Origin: Camelus ferus
Lineage: Eukaryota
DNA: 64,000 nt
Direction of reading: 5' to 3'
Assembly (NCBI RefSeq): GCF_009834535.1
Contig: NC_045698.1
Location: 3,412,001 to 3,476,000 of the forward strand
Made by a program: the position numbers and the translations under genes. Below, one piece after another: positions 13,100 to 25,307 of this stretch (within the stretch, counting starts at the first letter, position 1; the number at the start of each line of letters is the position of its first letter). The notes under the pieces are model-generated. The model did no database searches and was not told the origin of the DNA. It worked only from the letters and a program-made list of their open reading frames with translations.

Positions 13100-14500
13100 A
13101 ATGTGGGGGGGGGGGGTGCGGTCTTCCGCCACGTGGCCGGCTGTGAGCTTCTCTGGTCCACAGGTTGTTCCTCACCTGCCCAGGCACACGGCAAGGGGGC
13201 AGAGAACACACAAGCCACTCGTGGAAGGGCCTCCGAGGACAGAGAGGACTTGAAACTGCTGACTCTGCACCCCACGCGCACTCCGGCTCAGCCCTCTGGA
13301 GACAGCCGGCCGTGCTCCACAGCGCCCCATTCGACGGAAGTATTTCCCCAAATATAGGCGAAGGCCTAAGGTGAGAATCTGGTGCATCTTTAACCGGGAG
13401 CCTGGTTGAAGTCAAATTTCAACACGAAAGCCGCTGCTGTCCAACAGCCTCGAGGTTGCTGGCTTCCAGAGGTCGTGGGCAAGGCGGGGGTTCAGCAGTG
13501 CCGGGAGTGGGGGGGGGCACCGGACCCCGGAACTGCGCGTGCACATCTCTGCCCCACCCGGTGAGCAGAGAGGCGGCAGCGCGGGCCGGGCGTGGCCAAG
13601 CAGGGCTGCTCCGGGCAGCGCGGGGCCATGTCATCCGTGTGTGTTTCCGTTTGTGTTCAAGTGCTGGCTTTGAACAAGATGCTTTTGCATTCTCACCTTG
13701 CAACATTTCGGTGCCTCAGGAAACGTCTTCCTGAGCCAGAGAGGCCGCGGTGCCCCCAGAGTTGGGAGCGTCTCTCTCACCACGTGGTGCGTGTGCCTGC
13801 GTGTCTACGCGGGGACCCCCCCCACACACACCCCCCAGACCAGAGCACGGTCACCGTCGTCCGAGCGGCAGCACCCCCGCCACTCCCCGCGCCGGGATGA
13901 GCTAGTTTGTCCCAGCATCTTAGCCGCGCTCCCCGGAGCTCCGCCGCCCTCCCTGGCGTGACGGAGTCCACACGGATGAAACATCAATCTTCCGTTGAAG
14001 GGAAGCTGAATTCCCAACGTGACCTACGGCCGAGGGGCAGCGGTGCTGCGTTCCGTGTTAGCCCGCAGCTACGCAGTGACCAGGGCGGTCACTGGAACGC
14101 TAGGGGGCCACCGGGGGCAGCAGTAAGGGATGCGAAGCGTGAGCTATTAACCGAGGTGGAGAAGCGGGCGGGGAACGCAGGGCTGGGGGCGCCGTGTCCT
14201 CCAGCCAGAAGCAGGCCGGAGAGCTCCCACGACCCAGTGCGGTTCATCACGCGCAAGGGAGCGGCCGTCAGCTTCGCCGGATTTCCGTCCTACCCCGCAG
14301 TGCCCCTTCCTCGCGCCCACTCGCTGGATGGCGACACTGTGTTAAAACACCCGTGTGCAGATGGAAGCGGACGTTTCATGAACAGGCGCATCGCAGCCGT
14401 GATACCCCGAGGCCCAGCCAAGTAACAGCCGTTCAACCCAGCGACCCGATTACGGCAACGAACAGTAGGAAATGCGTCAAACCATACAGCGTTACCTACG
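13100..14500. promoter_or_regulatory. Intergenic CpG-rich island (candidate distal element)
   Basis: Visibly high GC and CpG density over ~1.4 kb relative to the flanks, with no recognisable repeat or coding homology. Obs/exp CpG not computed. Confidence 0.55.
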
Positions 14501-14829
14501 TATGAAAGCTGGCAAAAATGAAGAAAAACATGTCGCTGTTCTTTCAGTCATTGGCTCAGGTTCAAAGGGTGACTATTAATTCCTTCTTATATCATTCCAG
14601 GATAATGTAGTTTCCTTTGTTTCCTGAAATACCGACTCTTTCGTCATCCTCATCTCTCTCTTTGTGGATAACTAGGTGTCACTCTGGAACTGAGTTAGTC
14701 TCCTCGCCTGGGAGTGACATACACAACGGTCTATCACTATCTCTGTTCTTCGCAAAATTAGGTTTGGATTAAACAGGATTGATGTGTGTTTCTCCTTCAT
14801 GAAAGAGGAGTCTGGGCAGGTGGGGGGGG

Positions 14830-15090
14830 GGACCAGGAGTTGCACCGAATTTCAGAGGCTCCTGCCATCCTTGGACACAGCACACAGCATCGCCTCAGTG
14901 TCCAAGATCATCACTGGAGCTCCAGCCATTGCATCCACATTCCAACCAACAGGAAGGGGGCTGGGAGGAGCACACCCTTCCTAGAGGACACTCCCTGGAT
15001 CAAGGCCATGCCTCCTGTGCTGACATTCTGCCAGCCAGAGCTACTCTTCTGACCTTGCCAAGCTTCAGATAAGACTGGGAAACGTAGTGG
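14830..15090 (-). mobile_element. Old MaLR LTR fragment (MLT1J/K/L-like)
   Basis: 'caagatcatcactggagctccagccattgcatccacattccaaccaacaggaagg' resembles the old MLT1 motif 'caagatggctgc...gctccagccatcacatcc'. Confidence 0.5.
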
Positions 15091-15754
15091 TGGCCACACG
15101 TCCAAATGGAAATTAAAAATTGGCGTCCTATTACTCACAAAGAAGAAAAGACAATTTCAGCCACATGTGTTCTTCTTACAACAAGAGAAGAATATTCAAG
15201 GGATCACAGAGGTGATGCTGATCATGGGATTCAAGTTTCTTTTTCTGAGTCCCTAGAGCGAGGACTGGGTACCTGTTTCCTATCCTTCTGACACCTGAGC
15301 TATCTCTAAGAATGCCATGCTTAGTGTGCATTGAAATCTCCCTTCTCCCGTGAGGGCTTCAGCCAAGTGCATTGTGAAAGTGCAACTAAGACTTCTGCCC
15401 AAAGGAGCAGTGTTATCCCCGAATGGATTAAGCTGTCTAGCTGCCCCTTATGAATCTCCTTTGGAAACAAGCTTCTCAACAAGTTCATGAGAAAAACCAG
15501 AATCAAAAGCCCACACCTTCACATCCCAGGTCTTCCTCAGCCCTGGGGACCCCCGGAAGCTGGCAGGGTCACACGCTGCCTGCTGTATGATGCAGTGAGT
15601 GGGGTGACCATCTGTGCGGCAGGCAGGGGTGCTGGGATGCTGAAGATGGCTTCCCTGCACTTGCCGCTTCTGACCGTCACCACTGACAGGGGTGTGTCAA
15701 GGGCTGCACATCTTATGGATTATTTTTTTCTTGAGACTCTGAAAATAGACTTCT

Positions 15755-15850
15755 TATCCCAGCCTCATTTTATAGGTGAGGAAATTGAGGCTGAGAGATG
15801 GTAAGTGACATGCCCCAGGCCATGCAGGTTGTAAGCCAGGGAGCTTGGGC
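15755..15850 (-). mobile_element. MIR SINE fragment
   Basis: 'cctcattttataggtgaggaaattgaggctgagagatggtaagtgacatgccccaggcca' is the reverse MIR core. Confidence 0.85.
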
Positions 15851-15964
15851 AAGGTGACCCAAGAGCCACAGTCCTACCCCCATTCTAGGCACAGTCCCTT
15901 GCAGTGCATGGTACCGCGAGGTGGGGCCTCGCACCATCTTTGAAATGTAGTTAAGCTAAAATAC

Positions 15965-16098
15965 ATTTTTTAAATTGGAGAACAGTCAATTACAATGCGT
16001 CTCTCTCTGGTAGACAGCACAATATCCCAGTCGTGGATATACATACATATATTCATTTCATATTTTTTCCATTAAATTTTATTACAAGATATTGAGTT
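15965..16098 (-). mobile_element. Cetartiodactyl-type L1 3' end fragment
   Basis: Its reverse complement resembles the L1 3' end at 59810-60000 ('catacatatattcatttcatattttttccatta...tacaagatattga'). Confidence 0.7.
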
Positions 16099-16353
16099 AA
16101 TATATATAAAAATGGATTTAAAATGCATCTTTAAATAAGACGGCAACAAGTGCTGAAGACTGTGCAAAATTCCCTGGAGACCTGGTCCAGCTGATTTATT
16201 GTGGCTTCTAACCAAATTCAGTTGCCGCTTTTCATTTGTATGGTTTTAAAGTGAATGGTGCATTTGTCAATATGACCATTACGTGCCTAGCTTCTCATCT
16301 GCTATCTCCCAGAGACAGATTTTTATGTTGAGAGTTTCAGCACTCACAAGTGG

Positions 16354-16670
16354 TTTTTTTTTTTTTTGGAGTTTTATTGACATATAATTGACATATATCA
16401 CTGTATAAATTTGAGCTGTGCAGCATAATGGTTTGACTTACATACACTGTGAAATGATATCACAGTAAATTCAGTTAGCATCCATCAATCTCATAGATAC
16501 AAAAGAAAGGAACGGCAAAAAAAAAGTGTTGTCTTGTGATGAGAACTCAGGATTTATCCTCTTAACAACTTTAGTCTATATCATACAGTGGTGTCAACGA
16601 CACCATCATGCTGTGGACCGCATCCCTAGTGTTAATTCACCTTGCAGCTGGAAGTTGGTACTTTTCAACT
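16354..16670 (-). mobile_element. L1 (L1MA9-like) 3' end with poly(T)
   Basis: T tract, then 'tttattgacatataattgacata...tgtgatgagaactcaggatttatcctcttaacaacttt', typical of a reverse L1MA 3' UTR. Confidence 0.75.
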
Positions 16671-16959
16671 GTCTTTCTTGGAGACGTCTGTACATATATA
16701 TGCTAAAGTTTCCTTGATGTATAGTTTTCCAAACTAATTTTAGTAAGATTTCTACATATTTTCAATAGAATTCTACATAATTTCTACAGAATATAATCAT
16801 CAGAGAACACAGTAAATAAAGTGTAATGTAATTAATGGCCTTTGTCAGTTTGAATATGAAGATATCTGAATACTTATTGTTCTGATTTAAATTTCAACTT
16901 TTTCACGTCATAGACGTTGCCCGTCGGCTCCCAGCTGAGTTAGGTGTTGTTTCTCTAGG

Positions 16960-17560
16960 CTAGAATAATACTCTAATGTGTTGTCTATCTTAGAAAATGT
17001 TCTTTTTACACTTGAGAAGCATGTACTCAAGAAGAACGTGTGTTCTGCTGCTGTTGAGTGGAATGCTCTGTGTATATATGTGTAAACACGTACAGTTGAT
17101 TTGTCCATGGTGTTGTTCAAGTCCTCTGATTACTGGTCTTCTGTCTGGATGTTCCGTCCGTCATTGAAATGGGCTGTTGAAGTGTCCTGCTGTGGCCGAA
17201 TTACTTTTTCCTCTTCAGTTCTGTCAGCGTTTGCTCATTTACCTGGGTGCTCTGATGATGAATGCAGACACACTTATAATTGTTACAGGTCTCTGACGAA
17301 TTGACACTTATTGTTACATGATGTCCTTCTTTGTCTCCTGTAACAGGTTTTGGCTTAAAGACTATTTTCTCAAGTCTGTTTTGCCTGATATAAGTATAGC
17401 AATCCCTGCTCTCTTTTGGTTACTGGTTTTATGGAAGATCTTTTTCCATCCCCTCACTTATAGCCTATGTGTGTCCTTAAATCCAAAGTGAGTCTCTTGC
17501 AGAAAGCCTATAGTGGGACCATTTTCCCTCTGTATCTTTTGATTGGGGAGTTTAATCCTC
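16960..17560 (-). mobile_element. Decayed L1 ORF2 endonuclease-region fragment
   Basis: ORF 16908..17120(-) 'YIHRAFHSTAAEHTFF...TFSKIDNTL' resembles L1 EN 'DIYRTFHPTTAEYTFFSSAHGTFSRIDHIL'. 17400-17560 on the minus strand gives the 'GLNSPIKR', 'LQETHF', 'GWKKIFH' and 'KRAGIAILIS' motifs. Confidence 0.85.
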
Positions 17561-20269
17561 ACGTGTGTCTTTTGTTGTGAGTGACATTAACTGATACCTG
17601 TGATTTCCTTGCTCATGGCACTGGGACCTGGGTCTGGGGGCTGCCCCCAGGCCAGCACGGCCCTCGCTGCTGTGAGTCATCTTCTTTGGCTAAAAGCTCT
17701 CAAAATCCACTGCTTCCTGAAAGCACCACTGAGCCCTGGGCCGAGGACAGCGGTGGGTGAGATTCCCCGCCCTCTCCCTCTCTTCCTTCCACCCATTCCT
17801 ACACGAACCCCACCAGCTCTCCTCCTGCCTTTTTTTTTCTGTTCCATTACTGATAAGGTCTGAGCTACGCTTCTAGGGAAATGGCGATATAAAAATCCGT
17901 GGTAGACCTGGAGAACATGGCAGCTACCAATAGCATCACACCAAATCACTTCACAGTTTGTGGCACGGTGCAGTCTAACCCATATCTCTTGTGGTTTTCA
18001 CAGCCAGCAGAGCGAAACAGCAAAAAAAGGGGCTTGTTCTCACGTGCCGGTTAGGCTGTCAGTCCAGAGCAGTTGTACGATTCACACTACCGCCTTCAGC
18101 TTTCAGTTCAGAGCTGCTGACTCACACCAGCTTATCTTTACCCTACGGTTCACTCCATACAGGACACAGTGCTTTAGCTCATGAACCTGACCTTCACTTT
18201 GCTTTATCAGCATGTCAGTTACTCATTGGGGCCCCACGAGGAAGTGGGAATATTTTCCCAAATGCTGCTGATGGTATTTTTTTGACTGAGTGAAAGTGAT
18301 GAGTCCTTGAAGGTTTAATGACTGGAGGAGCAAATTCCAATTAAAATTATAAACGGTCTACATAAAGCCTGCATGAAGTTATGTAGAAACTCTTCACTGG
18401 TGGTTCCTGCCAGACCTGTGTGTGTTAGGAGTTAGACAGTGGGGTTTGGGAGTCCCAGATGCTGGGTTGACAATTCCCAAAAACCCAGATTTTGTTCCCT
18501 ACTAAGTCTTGAGCAGGGTGTATCAGTGAATAATTGATATCCATACAGTGGGCTATTGTACAGGAATTTAAATGAATAAAATAGATACACAAGTATGAAT
18601 GCAGACTGCGTCAATAATAAAAAGTTGAGAGGTTAAGAGAAAAATGGTGGGCCTTGAAGTCACTCGATATAACAAATGAATGATACAAGGTCTTCATTTT
18701 GTCAATTAGGGCATCTCAGAGGGTGAAACTCCTTAACGAAGACGTAAAACACAGTGGACACTGAGGGCCAGCTGACATCACAGAGACATTCTAGACAGGC
18801 TAACACTCTGATCTGTAACGCCCCACAGAGCAGATGTGGAAATCAAAAGAGTGACAAGTATTCCCCATAAAGGACAGAGAGATTTACACTATTACGAACG
18901 GTGACCCTTGTTCTAGAGTGATCCGGTAAGTCCCATGCCCATCGCAGATGGCGGGGTGACCAGGACTAGGGTTGTGTGGAAAGCCGCATGAGTCCGGGGT
19001 GGAGGGAGTCCTGTCCCGGCGCCTGAGGAAGTCTGCTTGGTGGGGCCCCCACGGAAAGCCTGAGGTGCTTGAGGCACACCCCACGGCCTGTGGGCCCCTT
19101 AGCTGTCCCTCTCAGCGCTGCGTCTGACACCACTTGTCACCATGTCACCTGGGCTGACACTGGGATTCCACGAGCCCTGGGGCGTCCCAGCCCTGGGGAC
19201 ATGCAGGCTCCGTGGGTTCAGGTCGTGCAGGCTGTGCTCATGTTGAGAAGAATCCTCTAGACAGCAAGCATATTGTTTCCGTTCTTTCCAGCATGAGTAT
19301 CTTCTAAAGGGCCCCTTTGGTGGCTACAACCTCCAAAAACCTTGAAATGTAAACCAGCCTCCAACTCTGACCTCCCTCAGTCCTGGGCTTAAGTGCGTGG
19401 ATGTATGTGTGTATGTGCCTTCCCTTTTACTTACTTTCTGCCCCCTTTTCCAAGAAATTCTCCATAAAATCCTCACTCTATGTACAGCAAGGATTCTTAA
19501 TGGATGTATTTTTGAGCCAAATTGTATTCTTTTACTTTTATTATTTTGCATTGTATGCTTTTTCATATTAAAAAAAAATGCCCCCAAATGATGCTACAAT
19601 TCATTCATCAAAGAGGGGCAGAAAACTCGGATTCAGTTGTCCAGTAGCCACATGCCAACATGAACTAAAAGCCCCATTTTCCTGGAGCCATCCGTTCAGA
19701 GCACTGACTGACCTCAGCAGATCCTTCAGCCCAGGTGCTCATTGGCCTCTTATGTGGGATCACGTACCTCAGAGACATCTTCCTGACAGTTGAGTCTTGA
19801 ACACACACACACACACACAAAGATTCCTGCTTCCAAAGGAAATGTCTCCATCACGTGACTTCGATTTACTTGTAGGTAAATTGGATTTTTAAAGATCACG
19901 CTAAATCTTCTCTCCGACTGGAACTTGCTTCGGAAAACTGAGTGGTCACCCTCCTTAAAACACAAGATCCTTCAAGTTCTATTCGTAAAGAATGTTCCAG
20001 TTTCCACGCCTTCTAGGCAAGGATCATATACTTGCTGCATCTCCTTGAGTAGCTAATCTGGAGAGGAAGAAAGGAAATGGAACCCAAGACCACCAGTTTT
20101 AGTATTTGCTCTCCATTTTCCTGTAAAAACATGAGCACGTCATGTGGTCTGTCCGAACCTCAATGTACGTATGAAGTTGGTAAAGCAGCTCCCTCACCCT
20201 CCCTGCGTGGCTGGTGTCAGACATGGCAGAGCCCCCGTGAGCTGTTTACAGTTGAATCTCGGCATTTTA

Positions 20270-20560
20270 GCTTGGGTTTCCCCAGGAAACAGACTATAAG
20301 ACAAGAGTTCAAATGCAAATGTTTACTTGTGAGCAGATCAAGGGAAAACCAGCAAACAAGTGTTTCAGGAATAGAGAGCAAAAGGACGCAGGAGATGCTT
20401 GAGCCGCAGTTACCAGAGGGGCCATGAAGCTTATCCCACGGAGAATTCTGGGAGTTAGAGAGCACAGAATTCCAAGTCTGCCCACCCTGCCAGAGAAGGT
20501 CGGGGACTGGGCTGTCTACCCACCAGCTCTACCCATCCCTGCACAGGGATGTCCTTCAAC
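20270..20560 (-). mobile_element. ERVL LTR fragment (LTR16/LTR33-like)
   Basis: 'gggtttccccaggaaacagactataagacaagagttcaaatgcaaatgtttacttg' resembles the reverse U5 end of LTR16/33-type elements as I recall them. Confidence 0.5.
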
Positions 20561-21149
20561 ATGGCTGTTGGCCACCTTCTTGGCATCACCCTTCACATTT
20601 CACCCAGGATGTTGGATGCACTTGAACCCCACACAGTCAGCTTTGCTCTTACTGCTCCCATTTGCTAGACACACAACCTCAAATCTTTATCATTTTAGTC
20701 CAGACCAAGCACTTTGAATATGCTGTCCTGACAATTAATAGTTTACATTTTTTATATAAAGGCTTTAAAATGTGCTGTCACACAAACCAAGATTCAAAAC
20801 ACGTAACAGTCATGTACCCTGGTTGAAAATATAAAAGATTCAAAAAACAAATAATTGACAGATAATAAATGAGGTAAATCTCAAAGTTCTTACATGTAAG
20901 AGTATGAAACTGAAGAGAAAAACACATAAGGTGAAAGGGAATTAATCAAGTTCTTTCAGTTTCTAGCAGTATCACTATCATTTACTGCCTTGGCCTTGGC
21001 TCTGAGTGGGAAGCAATAATAAAAAGTTTTCATGGCACTCCCTTTTTGCTGTGCAGTTTGGAGGTGAGAGTTCACACTGCCTCCACAGATTGATAAACCC
21101 CAAGCCATTTATTTAGTCTCTAGGTGCCTGGATGAAGCAAATGCAAATC

Positions 21150-22830
21150 TTTGTTATTAAATTGCAGAGGAATGCAATTTAATAACAAACCTCAAAGCAA
21201 TTTTACAGATGAAATTCCAAGGAATGAGAGTGTGCAATGAAAAAAATAGCTACACTTGTGAGTAAACAAGTCACTGTAATTAAATATCAGCAGGAATAAC
21301 AATCTATGGAATTGACCTGTACAGATTAGAGTTTCGAGAATTATTAGGTATAGTTTATAAAACAAATATTTCACATGTACTTTAAAACATAATGCATACA
21401 TTTGAGAGTATGCTGAAGGGAAAACAAATCAACAGTATTTCCCCAGACAGATTTGTAAAATTAGAAATACAATGAATGGGTTAAACAAATGAGTAGATAC
21501 AGGTGAAGAGAGAATTAACCATTATCTTGTTACCCTCCTTCTTCCAGTGAACTGGAAGATAAATCTTTAGAGACACAAAGAGATGCAAAATGTGTGAGGG
21601 GTGAAGAGACATGTAGAACAGAGAATAGATACATTCAATGCTGAGCAGTAATTCCACAGAAGTAAGTAGCGGTAAGGAAAGAAGAAATATTCAAAGGTAA
21701 AATTGCTGAGAATTTTCCAGAATTGATTTATTTAATTGTTCAGAGTCCAGGAACTTAGTCTTGAACAGGATTTAAAACAAAAAAATTACATCTTAATTGC
21801 AAAAAAGAAGCCAGAAGCCACTGGAAAATCAGCTTTAAAGTTTTTTTAAAAAGCCTATCAGGCTGGAATTCTATCCCCAGTGAAACTGTGTTCCAAGCAT
21901 GAGAATAAAATGAAAGCATATTTAGACAAAGAAAAACAGGAAGTGTACTACTACCAAATTTTCATTAAGGGAAATAACTTTCTTTGGGAAACAGAAACAT
22001 TAATCCAGAAGGAAGATTCAAGATGCAGGAAAAAATGAGGAGGAAGAACAGATAAACACAGTGTAACACGAATTCTACCTTAACCATGTGAAACAATAGC
22101 AATACTCTCTAATGCTGAGATTGAACAATCAAGATAAAACTAAAATTCAGGACAAAAAAGGCAAATACGAGGGATTGTGTAGAGTTAAAGCATTCTAAAA
22201 TCGTAATGTTCAGGAGGATAGTTAAGACATGTATTAACTTCAGGCTTTCTTAAATATTTCTGCTGTCTTAAGGTAAGGATTAGCAGGCTGGAAACAAAAT
22301 TTCTAACTACTAAACTTTCTACCAAAAAAAACAAATTAAGAGAAAATAATTCTCAATAAATCCCAAAGAAGAGAAAAAAAAATGTAATTTAAGGTTTTGA
22401 AGTTAAAGTAGTAAATCTATGTACGTGAAACTGAGAGGCAAAACAAACAAGGAGATTTTTAGGACTGTCGATGCGAGAGAAGATGTTTAAATCACAGCAA
22501 TGAAACAACGTAACGATTAAGGTAAGTTTCAACACTCTGGTGTGATCGTTTGGAAAAGAGTTAAGCATCCCCTTACTATGTAATCCAACAATTCCACTTA
22601 CAGTATTTTCCCAGACAACTGAAGCATGTAGCCACACGAAAGCTTCTGGCAATTTCATGTAAAACAGTCAAAAACTGGAATCAACTCAACATTTAACTGC
22701 AGGTGGATCGATAAATAAATCTATCTATTCAGCAGAATACTACTCAGCAACACAAATGCAGGAACCATTGGCGCACAGCAACATCAACGAATCTTGAGAT
22801 AATCATGCTGAGTAAAGAAGCCAGAAATGT
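21150..22830 (+). mobile_element. Heavily decayed old L1 (L1M4/L1ME-like): ORF1 remnant plus ORF2 3' end
   Basis: A-rich + strand. 'gctgagaattttccagaattg' (AENFPEL) and 'ggaattctatccccagtgaaactg...gacaaagaaaaac' (ILYPAKL...DKQKL-like) match ORF1. 22560-22826 'aatccaacaattccactt...gaatactactcagcaac...atgctgagtaaagaagccaga' matches the L1M ORF2 3' end. Confidence 0.75.
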
Positions 22831-24041
22831 TTCAGGAGTCCTTTGGGGGACGCAGCATGAGGGCGGGGACGTGCCCAGCCTTTTGACAGCAAAGAGAAGG
22901 ACATTATGACAGTAGCGTAGGCGTGTGAGGGACTCAGCAGATCCTCCTTACAGGACGTGAGAGCTGAGTGTGTTGCTGACACAAGGAGTGGGGTGAGGGC
23001 AGAGGAAGTTGTGGGAGACCCAAAGAGAACTTAGATGCTTGATGGAGCAAGGAGCCGGAGGAAGCTGGCAGAGGAAGGGGACTGGCTTCCACAGCACCAG
23101 CGGAGGGAATGACAACTGGCAGAGAGGAGGTTTGCTTGTCCTTCCAAGACCGGGGCTCACAGGGGGGAGCGTGAAGCCAGTGACACCTCCAGCAGTGCCT
23201 CCCCCGCTCCATCTCTGACGTGGGAGTGTGCCCTGAAGTGCCCCTGCGCAGAGTCCTTCACACCAAGGTTCACGGTGCCCATCAGGAAAGTGAGAGGACC
23301 ACCCCGGGAGCCAGGCTGCTGAACCAACCCAGCCCCCTGGCCTCATCAGTCCTGTGTTCTGGACCGTTCTGCTGAAGGCTGCTGGGGCCCTTATTCCTGA
23401 GATCCGGCCTCAAAGAGAAAAGCTGAAAGACATCCTCTCTGGATTAGGTCCCAAATCAGAGCAGGGATCACCACTTTCCAAAAGCAGTTTGCTGTCAAAG
23501 TTCGGTGTTAAAACTGTCTGGCCAGCTTTCCGCCTCACTTGTAAGTATTAATGAGTGTTTTGCGTTTATTTTGCTTTGAAGTTGTTAAATGGAGATAGAT
23601 CATTAGATTAACACATGCTGTACAAATAGTCCCCCATCCTCCAAGTCCCCCATGGAGAAGAAGAGGCGTCTGCAAATCTAATTTGAAAGATCAGCTTGAA
23701 GTGAAGCCGTGGCAAACTTCCCCGAGGCTGGCCGCTTTCTGGGTCCCTGACTCTGCGTTTGTGTCCTGAAATCATCTCAGCTGTGTGAGCCCCGCCACCA
23801 AGCTCAGGCCAATCCCCAGACACCCAAAAGGGAGTGTATTCAGTAGGCGCTCATACTTACACTCACACCTGTGAAACAAACGTGCATTTCATGTGCAATC
23901 TATTCAATCAGAAAAGCCCCATGTGCTTGGACTGCAATCAAGTTATTATCAGTTTTTCTACGAGGTTCTAAAAAGGAGGACGTGGAAATAAATACCAGGT
24001 GAAGGAAAAAGTAGGAGTTATCCACGGAGAATTTATCCCTC

Positions 24042-24572
24042 TGTCACTTCAAAAGTGGAAGGAAAAGGACCCCAGCTCTTGTTTTACCCAGAAGATAAGG
24101 ATTCAAATGGGAGATGGAGCGCTGTGTAGCAAGAGATTTTGAAGGATTTATTAGCAGAGGGGAAGCACGGGAGGCGGGCGGACCCAAGGGCAGAGAGCAA
24201 TGGTCTGCTTGTCCCCTCTCTTACACCCTCACCTAGGGGTGGTCTCCTGGTTGATTGACGGCTCTTGTCCCTGGAGCCCTTAGTCATGCTCTCCCTCTTT
24301 TACACATGTCCTTACCCATGATGCGCACAGGAAGACCCACGGGGGGACCTAAACCGCGATGCTGATTGTGTTACAGTGAGCACTGGGTCACGTCCGGTTA
24401 GGTCCTTGTCGCTACCACGCAGCCATGACTACTGGGTTCTAACTGGTTTCTTGCTGGTGCTCATTGAGAGGAAGTAAAGCCCCTTTACGTGGGCATAACG
24501 CCATCTTCCAGACCCTCCTCCCTCTCCTCCACCTTATCTGCCCGGTGCCCCCACTTATCTAACTACCTTACA
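24042..24572 (-). mobile_element. Apparently complete ERV solo LTR (~531 bp, probably ERV1 class)
   Basis: Minus strand begins TGTAAGG (24572) and ends GTGACA (24042). AATAAA at 24152-24147 is followed by a U5-like 'tgaatcctt...caagagc'. Flanks cctc (24038-41) and cttc (24573-76) fit a 4-bp TSD with one mismatch. Confidence 0.7.
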
Positions 24573-25164
24573 CTTCAGCTCTTTAATGAATCACTAATAC
24601 TTTGGCATTTTGTAAGGTTTTCTTTAGAGACTCAGTGCAATAGATTATCACTAATAGATGACCTACAGGTCAAATGGTGAGCCTTGCGGACAAGCATGCG
24701 TGTTCTGCTTAATTTTGTTAATCGGTCCCCCATGCCTGAGACACTTTATAACCCTCCTCATCTCTGCTGCTCGCTCCAGTCTGCCACACCCCAAGGAAGA
24801 CGTCTGCAGCGCTGTCTTCTGGTGAACAAATATCACTGAGCATTTGCATTAAGCATTTAACACTAGTAGATGTTGCAAAAAAATACAAAACTGAACTAAG
24901 GAAAGAGTAAATAATGTGAAACTCCTATTTAATAGTTAAGGGCCAACCAGTCAATTCCAGCTGGTCATTTTGTGGGTTTAACAATTCAGGATAAAGAAAC
25001 CCTTCATCATGGTTATCCTCAGATTTCTGGGTGGCTTGGGAAACAAGTGTCATTCCTTCAAACATGCTGCATTCATGAGCCGACTTCTGTCTGGCAATGC
25101 TCCACACTGAAAAATGACACCAAACTCACAATGACTTTAATTAGACTCTTCAAAATGGAGTTAA

Positions 25165-25307
25165 TTTTTTTTAAATTTTTTTGCAGGGAGTAGGGGTAGG
25201 TAATTAGATTTATTTATTCATTTTTTTTTAAGTGGTGGTACTGGGGATTGACCCAGGACCTTGTGCATGCTAAGCACGCACTCTACCACTGAGCTATACC
25301 CTCCCCC
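25165..25307 (-). mobile_element. tRNA-derived SINE, camelid Vic-1-like
   Basis: Minus strand reads 'ggggagggtatagctcagtggtagagtgcgtgcttagcatgcacaaggtcctgggtcaatccccagtacc' (A box intact, B box one base short), then 'aataaataaatctaattacct' and an A-rich tail. This matches my recollection of Vic-1. Confidence 0.85.

Noticed and set aside
13060..13105. CTGATGA as a hammerhead ribozyme core (also near 2662, 17252, 31249, 58431 and 60498)
   Set aside because: None shows the following stem II plus GAAA arrangement by eye.
25235..25307. tRNA-like sequence on the minus strand
   Set aside because: The B box/T arm is damaged and it continues into a SINE tail, so it is a SINE head rather than a tRNA gene.
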